From: an uncultured Bacteroidales bacterium
GTDB taxonomy: Bacteria; Bacteroidota; Bacteroidia; Bacteroidales; Paludibacteraceae
Direction of reading: 5' to 3'
Assembly: GCA_900319025.1 (NCBI GenBank)
Contig: ONMT01000001.1
Span: 8,462-72,461, forward strand
DNA: 64,000 bases
Below, in pieces: positions 30,484 to 37,483 of the stretch; within the stretch, counting starts at the first letter, position 1; the number at the start of each line of letters is the position of its first letter. The notes beneath the pieces were generated by a model, which was not told the origin of the DNA, did no database searches, and worked only from the letters and a program-made list of their open reading frames with translations. Both the position numbers and the translations under genes were made by a program.

Positions 30484-31668
30484 ATGACCCCTGTTTTCAA
30501 AGACTACCTTGCTAAGAATGACATCAACGGTTATCTGACTGCCCTTCATCAGGAAGCCGACAACGGCGATGCCGGATCACTGCGTATCCTGCTATACCTC
30601 GCCGTCATGGTCTCAGAGGTGGAAGATGCAGTAGATTATGTCACTAAACTCATGGACCTTGACGACGACTATGCTTTCGAGGTATGGCCGCACATGTCCG
30701 ATGCTATCAACGAACTGAACGAGGACCTCGGTACATGCGAGGATGACGAGAAATACAAATACGCCCTCGGAGCCAAATTCAAAATTGTTTACAACCTTGT
30801 TGACTTAGCCTACGAGAAGGCGCATCCAGACTACAAGTCTCCGACCAGACTCTTTGGGGATAAAACCGTTATCATGCAGCGAGCCTACTGCGATCATGTC
30901 GGCAAGCAAGTGTATCCGACTTTTGACCCGTCTATCAAAGTGCAACCTTCTGCACCAGAGGAGAGTGTGAAAGGCTGGTACTCGCTCTATCGTCGCAGCG
31001 ATTGTTCTGCCAATCAGGAGTCTATATACAACGATGCCATCCCTTATGCCGAACAAGGGGATCCGGACGCGATGTTAGTTGTCGGATATCTTCTCTCACA
31101 CGGCATTCGTACGCAGTATGACTATCCACGGGTGGACATTCTTTTAGAGAACAAAGAGCGCGCTTTACCTTTTCTCCAAGCTGCTGCCGATTACGGCCTT
31201 GTGGACGCTTACTGGGAGACAGCGGCTATCCTGTTCGGCAGGAAAGATGCGGAAAGCGAAGCACTCGGCTGGAAATACGTCGAGAAAGGTGCGGAAGAGA
31301 ACGAAAAAGAATGTCTGCGGTGTCTGTTCGACCACTATGAGGGCAAGGACGACACGAAGGCGTTCGGGTATCTGGAACGGCTGTCTGAGGCGTGGAACAC
31401 GCATGAGTACACGCTCAAGTTAGCGCGGTGGTGCGAAGAGGGACGCGGCTGTGAGAAGAACGAGAAGAAAGCCTTTGAGTTGGCGGAATATGTCTGGAGT
31501 CATTCCTCTGCCAGTCCGTACGACAGCAGTCAGGAAGATTCGGTGGACCTGCTCTGCCGCTATCTGAGAAACGGCATCGGCTGCGAAAAAGACCCCGAAC
31601 GAGCCGGACAAATCTATCGTTGGTACAAGGACGACGAAGACCGCATGTGGGATATGCTAACCAGGTAA
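30484..31668 (+). CDS. Sel1-like repeat (SLR/TPR-like) protein, cytoplasmic
   Basis: The C-terminal half has repeated units such as DPDAMLVVGYLLSHGIRT, LVDAYWETAAILFG, LARWCEEGRGCEKNEKKAFELAEY and LCRYLRNGIGCEKDPERAGQIYRWY. Confidence 0.6.
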   Translation: MTPVFKDYLAKNDINGYLTALHQEADNGDAGSLRILLYLAVMVSEVEDAVDYVTKLMDLDDDYAFEVWPHMSDAINELNEDLGTCEDDEKYKYALGAKFKIVYNLVDLAYEKAHPDYKSPTRLFGDKTVIMQRAYCDHVGKQVYPTFDPSIKVQPSAPEESVKGWYSLYRRSDCSANQESIYNDAIPYAEQGDPDAMLVVGYLLSHGIRTQYDYPRVDILLENKERALPFLQAAADYGLVDAYWETAAILFGRKDAESEALGWKYVEKGAEENEKECLRCLFDHYEGKDDTKAFGYLERLSEAWNTHEYTLKLARWCEEGRGCEKNEKKAFELAEYVWSHSSASPYDSSQEDSVDLLCRYLRNGIGCEKDPERAGQIYRWYKDDEDRMWDMLTR

Positions 31669-31755
31669 TTGAGAATTGAGAATAGACCGCCGCTCACCAA
31701 GCAGCAACTGCTGCAGCAACGTATTAAACAAATGAAACAATAAATCCATACCGCT

Positions 31756-32376
31756 ATGACAACTCAACAACCTCTCCAAGCAACACCTGAAGCCTTACAG
31801 GCTTATATCAATCAGTGTGCAGAATATTGCGAGAAAGCAAAACTCATTTTGCAGGAACAGGAAGACCCAAGTCCCATCGCACAGATGGCACGGGAAGTTA
31901 TTAGACTTGCTAAGCACCTCGGTCAGTTCGAGCCCGCACTCAATGCTGCCTATGTCGTTACACGCGATATGGCGGAACTGCTCTACGAGCATCCGAGACT
32001 CTTGCTGCAACTCAAAGAGACTGAACTGGAAATCCTCGAATATATAGAGGCAAAGGAACAACACGACCTTGAAATAGTGTCGGATCTCCGCAGCGAGATC
32101 AAACAACTCAAAGCGAACATCAAAGCGGCGGACGAAGGACGATTTGGCGATATCAAAACAACGAGTATGCTCAAATCAGACCCCATGGAGTGGACTGCCG
32201 AATACGAAGCAGTCATTGACGAAGCCGACCACGAAGCATATCAACATCTGAAAGATTCACCGCGCGGAATGGGATTCTGCTTCGGCTACTGGGCGGAAAA
32301 ACGTGCCGCACTCGCTAAACGCGGCATCGAGTGGAAAAGCCCTAATATATTGAACCCAAGAGTAATGTTTGACTAA
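31756..32376 (+). CDS. Hypothetical protein (coiled-coil N-terminus, conserved-looking C-terminal GMGFCFGYW...GIEWKSPNILNPRVMFD module)
   Basis: 206-aa ORF with codon usage like its neighbours and no signal peptide. I cannot name the family. Confidence 0.55.
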   Translation: MTTQQPLQATPEALQAYINQCAEYCEKAKLILQEQEDPSPIAQMAREVIRLAKHLGQFEPALNAAYVVTRDMAELLYEHPRLLLQLKETELEILEYIEAKEQHDLEIVSDLRSEIKQLKANIKAADEGRFGDIKTTSMLKSDPMEWTAEYEAVIDEADHEAYQHLKDSPRGMGFCFGYWAEKRAALAKRGIEWKSPNILNPRVMFD

Positions 32377-32398
32377 TAATTCGTAAATCCTAACTCCT

Positions 32399-33739
32399 AT
32401 GTCCTACCTCGAATTACTATACTCTGGTCAATATGACCGGCTGGTCAAAGAGACCTTGCCTCTTGTCGAGACAAACAAAGAGGCTGAAACGGCTTTCCTC
32501 AGACTCTTCCTCTCACGAGACATCATCTTCCTGCTGGACGAAGCCGAGTCTATTGACCTATTGATAGAGGAAGCCGAAAAAGGAAACCGCTACGCCCAAT
32601 ACGCTTACGCCCGATGGCAGACTATCACACGGGGTGGAGAGGAGTCCATCTCTATCGCATACACCAATATGCAGGCGGCTGCCGACAAAAACCTGCCGGA
32701 CGCTATCGCAGGATTGGCGATAACATACGAATACGGAGACATCGGCTCTGTCGATTGGAAAATAGAAGACGAACTGATGCAGAAAGCATTTGACATGGGT
32801 AGCGAATTAGCAGCTATCTATAAACTGCAGGACTACTGCTTCGGCAGACACTTCGAACTCGCTCAGCCGCATCTGGCAGTCGAACTCGCAGAGCAACTCA
32901 TCAAACGGGATAAAGAAAATGGTATCGACCCGAACGGATGGTGGTTCTACTACCGCGCTACGGCTAACGAACCACGCACAGGACGCCATTACGTTATGGA
33001 CGACTATCAGCAGGCACTCGACCTCGGAGTAATCAGAGCTTTTACGGACCTCATCATCGCCTATGGCTATGGGGAGACAAACAATGTGCTTATCGAGTCC
33101 ACAGAATACACCGACTACCTCCAAAAAGGCATGAACCGTCTGTGCCCGGGGGCTTTCTTCCTCGATGCCGCACGAGAAATGAAACGATACGACGCACTCG
33201 AAACTTTCTATCATGACGACGAGGGCATTCAACGGCGCCAGATACGATACGGGGTGCTCCAAGACAGCCATGACCTCATCCACTCGCGTCTCTCCCAGGC
33301 CGCCCGACTTGGAGATACCGCCTCGTGGGAACAACTCGGAGACTGTTACTACCACGGAGACTATGGATTTAAGCAGGACTATAACAAAGCCTTTACCTGC
33401 TACACCAACGGTACTATCCACGATGCCGTCGGCTCCATAGAGAAACTATGGCGCATGATGCACGACCACCTCATCGACAGACCGCTCGACTACGTGGACT
33501 CAATCGCCATACAGGGAGCACGATGCGGTTCCAAACGACTGCTCGCAGAAACGGTCATCATCCATCAGGAAGGACGACTCGTCGAGTACGCCGACGAAAT
33601 AGAACGCTTCTACGACCCCATCTTCGACGCTCCTGAGTTCACGCTCGATAATGACGAAGACTGGCAGGAGGTCATCGACGAACAACTCGGAGACGACGAA
33701 ACCGAAGAAGATGACGGACGATACGATGCCTGGGCGTAA
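32399..33739 (+). CDS. Sel1-like repeat protein with acidic C-terminal tail
   Basis: NRYAQYAYARWQ, LPDAIAGLAITYEYGDIG and DTASWEQLGDCYYHGDYGFKQDYNKAFTCY are SLR-like units. The tail is DDETEEDDGRYDAWA. Confidence 0.6.
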   Translation: MSYLELLYSGQYDRLVKETLPLVETNKEAETAFLRLFLSRDIIFLLDEAESIDLLIEEAEKGNRYAQYAYARWQTITRGGEESISIAYTNMQAAADKNLPDAIAGLAITYEYGDIGSVDWKIEDELMQKAFDMGSELAAIYKLQDYCFGRHFELAQPHLAVELAEQLIKRDKENGIDPNGWWFYYRATANEPRTGRHYVMDDYQQALDLGVIRAFTDLIIAYGYGETNNVLIESTEYTDYLQKGMNRLCPGAFFLDAAREMKRYDALETFYHDDEGIQRRQIRYGVLQDSHDLIHSRLSQAARLGDTASWEQLGDCYYHGDYGFKQDYNKAFTCYTNGTIHDAVGSIEKLWRMMHDHLIDRPLDYVDSIAIQGARCGSKRLLAETVIIHQEGRLVEYADEIERFYDPIFDAPEFTLDNDEDWQEVIDEQLGDDETEEDDGRYDAWA

Positions 33740-33784
33740 TAACGTTTAAAGGTTTAAAGGTTTAACGTTTAACGATTAGCGATT

Positions 33785-34087
33785 ATGGTAGCAGTTTATG
33801 TAAATCTGTATCAGAGTTTCAGTGACCGGGGCGCTTTTGTACAAAAAGGTGCTTGGCAGAGCTCCGAAATTGATGAGTCCGAAATCAAGGTGGGAGAGGA
33901 ACTGCCTTGTTGGCCAAGCTTTGATGGTCCGGTTGTGACGGGTTATAGGCCAGGCTTGCTGGAACTGGATTATCATGGTGAGGCGATGACTATTAAATCC
34001 GGCGAGGAAGTGCAACTCGACAGTTCGCTCTTCTCACAGGAGTATGGCGTGAGTTGTTATATATTGAAATGCGTAAAAGTAGTGTAA
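33785..34087 (+). CDS. Small hypothetical protein (100 aa)
   Basis: The ORF is separated by 1 nt from the next ORF and by 45 nt from the previous one. No motifs recognised. Confidence 0.45.
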   Translation: MVAVYVNLYQSFSDRGAFVQKGAWQSSEIDESEIKVGEELPCWPSFDGPVVTGYRPGLLELDYHGEAMTIKSGEEVQLDSSLFSQEYGVSCYILKCVKVV

Positions 34088-34088
34088 A

Positions 34089-34406
34089 ATGGCAAAAGTA
34101 ACAGTTACCGGCTACGAGATCTCGTGCGATCCGGGCATACAAAACATAACTCCATACAGCGGTTCGATTGACGTAAAGGATATTGAGCCAGATATGGATG
34201 TAGAAAAAGTGATTGATAATCCCTGGTGGAGAGGCTCGATTGCATGTAAGTTCAAGAAATTGACCTTTGTGGAACTGCGTGAAAACGGCGCAGTATTTCG
34301 CTACGGCGATAGAGATATCTTTGTGGAGTTCGGTAAGAGCGAAAAAGTGGAAGAAGTGGGGCTGAGTTATGCCTATGCCGAACTGTATGTAGGAATTGAA
34401 CAATAA
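34089..34406 (+). CDS. Small hypothetical protein (105 aa)
   Basis: Tightly coupled ORF, 11 nt before the next gene. No motifs recognised. Confidence 0.45.
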   Translation: MAKVTVTGYEISCDPGIQNITPYSGSIDVKDIEPDMDVEKVIDNPWWRGSIACKFKKLTFVELRENGAVFRYGDRDIFVEFGKSEKVEEVGLSYAYAELYVGIEQ

Positions 34407-34417
34407 ATACTACCAAT

Positions 34418-36799
34418 ATGAAAAAGGTTCTTTTAGTAGCTGCCCTTGTGTTGGGCACTATCGCGCTTCAGGCGCAAGTATATCTAACGGATGTCCTCAA
34501 ACCTGCAGAGGAACACCGATTGAAAACTACGACTTCCAAAGCGGATACGAAAAGCTATGATGCAATGCGTATTGCACACATCTACCACGTCAACGCTACC
34601 CTCGTTCTTTCCGGCGCAGCGCACGGACTAGTAGGTAGTGACGACCATGCGTACGCCACCTATAAGCTCAATGGCGCTTATTCGAAACTTACCTTCTGGT
34701 TAGGACCTACTTATCGTGCCGGGGGACTCAGTGCCAAATCACTTCTCACCATCACGGCCGATGGAAAGCGAGTCTTTGACCAACCCGTTTTCAACTACGA
34801 CCCGCCACGATTCGTTACAATTGACGTCAAAGGCGTGGACGAGATTAAGTTCAAAGTGCTGGTAGGCGAGCTGGATATCGCACTGGCTTATGCGCAATTG
34901 TGGAAGGAAGGTGTGGCTGTCGTGCAACCCAAACTGCCCGTTACATATCCGCAAGGCAAAATCAAGTTTGTGGAGCAACTATTACCATACTACACCACCG
35001 GATATATCAATCCTATTCAGCCTAAAGACAAAGCTCCCAACTCACTTGAGGAGTATCCTAGTGTGGAGGAAAGTATCAGTATGTCCCGGCACGAGTTCAA
35101 GAGCGGCCTACAATTTACCTCGGACCAAAAACTCATCGGCAACCCGTCGTATTACTCCTATTTCTGGCTTGGTAAACGCTATGACAAACTGTCCTTTATC
35201 GTCGGACCGCGAGACAACCAGAGCTCCAACACCTCCGCTTGGCTCGTTGTCTATGGTGATAAGAAAAAAATCCTCTATGAAGAGATAGTCCGCCAAACCG
35301 ATCTGCCAAGGCAAGTCGTCATCGATGTAGCAGGACAAGAGGCTGTCGCTTTCTCCTGCGAACTGCGCTCAAGCGACTTCCTCGGCTCCATCACCTTCGG
35401 AGCAGTGGATATATACGCTTATCCCAAAGGCGACACCTCCGTTCCGCAAGAGGGACTGGCTAATATCAATAAAGAACAGGTCGCCAAACTCAAATCGCCT
35501 GCTTCTCTCATGACCAATATCCTGCCCTATTCCGTAAGAGGCGTCGCGAAAGCCAAAAACACTCTCTTCACAGGAGAGTCCTCCTATATCACGTTCTCTA
35601 TGGGAGGCGAGAAATTCTCCGAGGGACTGATCCTCGCCTCGGGAGCTACATTATTCGACGATAACATAGACGCTTACGCCACCTTCGACCTCGCAGGAGA
35701 ATTTGACTATATCTCCTTCTATGCCGGCATGCTCACCAACAGACGCGTGCTCGAAGACGACAGACTCCGTATCTATGCGGACAACAAACTCATCTTTGAT
35801 ACCATTATCCATTGTACCGAACCTAACAAATACTTCGAGGTTCCTATCAACAAATGCCGCTCGTTGCGCTTCGCCAAACCCGGTAATAAGAAACAGAAAC
35901 AATGCTTCATCGGAGTGGGAGATATAGCACTCTATCGCGGCAAACCTGTCAAGAATGACCTCTTCTACCACGAATATCCTGACTTCCCGGAAGAGGCAGA
36001 TTTGATAGACCTGTGCCAACGCCCCTACTTCCACTATGTAGGACGATACCTCTCCTCGCTCACCAACTTCGACTTCAACGACTGCTTCAAACCCGGCGGC
36101 ACTAAACGGGACTGCTTCAATATGAAGGACGGTTCTCAAATCTGCAAAGGTGTCATGCTTGAGGCTAACGTACCTCTGGCGTTGGAGAATATCACACTCA
36201 CCGATGCAGCTATTATGTTCCTCGTCGGAGCAGGAAGTGCTCTCTCACAAAGCGATTTCTCAGCCTACTCGGGAACATCGGCAGGCGGAGGTCTTACAGG
36301 GGATTTGGCTATCCTCAGACTCATGAACCCCAAGAATAACGGACAAGCTTCCGTCGTCGCCTTCAATCCCTACGGACAATATAAGTCCTGCACCTTCACT
36401 GTCGCTAATAAGTCCGAGTACTGGGACGAAGTCGATAGGCTCGTTAACCTCGGCGAGCGTAAAGACCATCACTTCAAACTCAACATCATCGCCGACCAAA
36501 AGTTAGTGAAGCAGATTGATGTATATAATCTCATGCAACCGCAGACCTTCACCGTGCCTATCAATAACTGCCACTCGCTTGTCTTCTGGCTCGAAGACGG
36601 TCCTACACGTTCGGGACAATTCGTGCTCTACGACATGACCGTCAGCAAAAAACAGGCAGCGGTCCAACCTCCCATACCTTCAGATCGTGCCCCTGAGCAA
36701 AGAACCTCTAACAGCGCAGCGATCCAACAAATCAATGCACTGAAGTCCAACTCAATCAACGCCAACAAACAAAGCAATACACTCGCACCAAAAAAATAA
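34418..36799 (+). CDS. Secreted protein built from four degenerate NPCBM-like beta-sandwich modules
   Basis: Signal peptide MKKVLLVAALVLGTIALQAQ. A recurring pattern appears four times: A-Y-A-T-[YF]-x-L-x-G-x-[YF]-x-x-[LI]-x-F, then ...[IV]-x-[AG]-D-x-K-x-[IV]-[FY]..., then V-x-I-[DP]-[VI]... Examples are YATYKLNGAYSKLTFW..ITADGKRVF..VTIDVKG and YATFDLAGEFDYISFY..IYADNKLIF..FEVPINKC. Confidence 0.7.
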   Translation: MKKVLLVAALVLGTIALQAQVYLTDVLKPAEEHRLKTTTSKADTKSYDAMRIAHIYHVNATLVLSGAAHGLVGSDDHAYATYKLNGAYSKLTFWLGPTYRAGGLSAKSLLTITADGKRVFDQPVFNYDPPRFVTIDVKGVDEIKFKVLVGELDIALAYAQLWKEGVAVVQPKLPVTYPQGKIKFVEQLLPYYTTGYINPIQPKDKAPNSLEEYPSVEESISMSRHEFKSGLQFTSDQKLIGNPSYYSYFWLGKRYDKLSFIVGPRDNQSSNTSAWLVVYGDKKKILYEEIVRQTDLPRQVVIDVAGQEAVAFSCELRSSDFLGSITFGAVDIYAYPKGDTSVPQEGLANINKEQVAKLKSPASLMTNILPYSVRGVAKAKNTLFTGESSYITFSMGGEKFSEGLILASGATLFDDNIDAYATFDLAGEFDYISFYAGMLTNRRVLEDDRLRIYADNKLIFDTIIHCTEPNKYFEVPINKCRSLRFAKPGNKKQKQCFIGVGDIALYRGKPVKNDLFYHEYPDFPEEADLIDLCQRPYFHYVGRYLSSLTNFDFNDCFKPGGTKRDCFNMKDGSQICKGVMLEANVPLALENITLTDAAIMFLVGAGSALSQSDFSAYSGTSAGGGLTGDLAILRLMNPKNNGQASVVAFNPYGQYKSCTFTVANKSEYWDEVDRLVNLGERKDHHFKLNIIADQKLVKQIDVYNLMQPQTFTVPINNCHSLVFWLEDGPTRSGQFVLYDMTVSKKQAAVQPPIPSDRAPEQRTSNSAAIQQINALKSNSINANKQSNTLAPKK
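36671..36708 (+). repeat. Direct repeat DR1 (cccataccttcagatcgtgcccctgRgcaaagaacYtc), inside the 3' end of the 793-aa CDS
   Basis: Near-identical copies lie at 36811-36848 and 37295-37332. Confidence 0.9.
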
Positions 36800-36810
36800 T
36801 CCACTAACTT

Positions 36811-36848
36811 CCCATACCTTCAGATCGTGCCCCTGGGCAAAGAACCTC
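36811..36848 (+). repeat. Direct repeat DR2
   Basis: Same 38-mer as DR1 with a G in place of A at position 26 (and C for T at position 38). It sits just after the stop of the 793-aa CDS. Confidence 0.9.
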
Positions 36849-36855
36849 CAAACAC

Positions 36856-36936
36856 ATGACCGAACACTGGTGGGGATTTGCCGCGATGCCTCTGGGAACA
36901 AGAAATTATGGAGATAACTCTATTGTTAGAATATAG
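36856..36936 (+). pseudogene. Decapitated remnant of a second DUF1963-family gene (first ~14 codons only)
   Basis: ATGACCGAACACTGGTGGGGATTTGCCGCGATGCCTC matches ATGATTGAACATTGGTGGGGCTTTGCCGCAATGCCTC at 29954. The encoded MTEHWWGFAAMP matches MIEHWWGFAAMP. Similarity stops after about 41 nt, and the frame ends after 26 codons. Confidence 0.75.
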
Positions 36937-37267
36937 CGAACGTGGACAACTACGAGAGTGGTTACAAAACAATCATAACACGGCTAAAGAGTGCTGGGTC
37001 GCCATTTATAAAGCGAACAAACCTGCACTGCCTTGCTTGCCATATACCGATATCGTTGAAGAGGCGCTTTGCTTTGGATGGATCGACAGCACTCTCAAGC
37101 GGTTGCCAGATGGACGATTGGCTCAACGACTCTCACCAAGACGCAAAAATAGTCATTGGACCAATTTGAATAAAAAACGATGCCGGGAACTACAACACAG
37201 AGGACTCATGACGAAAGCCGGAAGAGCAGCGCTAAAACGCTCCAACCTTCAACCTCCAACAGCGTAG
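36908..37267 (+). CDS. YdeI/OmpD-associated family protein (bacteriocin-protection-like)
   Basis: LREWLQNNHNTAKECWV..PYTDIVEEALCFGWIDS..RLSPRRKNSHWT resembles the YdeI/OmdA family. The ATG at 36908 is preferred over the TTG at 36878, which lies inside the DUF1963 remnant. Confidence 0.65.
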   Translation: MEITLLLEYSERGQLREWLQNNHNTAKECWVAIYKANKPALPCLPYTDIVEEALCFGWIDSTLKRLPDGRLAQRLSPRRKNSHWTNLNKKRCRELQHRGLMTKAGRAALKRSNLQPPTA

Positions 37268-37294
37268 CGGTCCAACTTCTAACAGCGCAGCGGT

Positions 37295-37332
37295 CCCATA
37301 CCTTCAGATCGTGCCCCTGGGCAAAGAACTTC
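37295..37332 (+). repeat. Direct repeat DR3
   Basis: Third copy of the 38-mer, located just after the ydeI-like stop and just before terminator-promoter cassette copy B. Confidence 0.9.
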
Positions 37333-37336
37333 CAAG

Positions 37337-37376
37337 TAAAAAAGTGCAGGTTTTTGACGAATCTTGCACTTTTTTC
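37337..37376 (+). terminator. Hairpin terminator (cassette copy B)
   Basis: An A-run, then agtgca (37343-37348) / tgcact (37365-37370), then a T-run. It is nearly identical to 29858-29897. Confidence 0.55.
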
Positions 37377-37399
37377 TTGCACATATGCAAAAAAAGCAG

Positions 37400-37407
37400 T
37401 ACCTTTG
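37400..37407 (+). promoter_or_regulatory. -7 box TACCTTTG for the 1159-aa surface protein gene
   Basis: caaaaaaagcagTACCTTTGcagcc. Confidence 0.6.
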
Positions 37408-37483
37408 CAGCCAATTTACAAACGAAGGCTAAAAACTACTTATACGAAAAAGATAGTTACAACGTAAATTTAAATCTATTATC

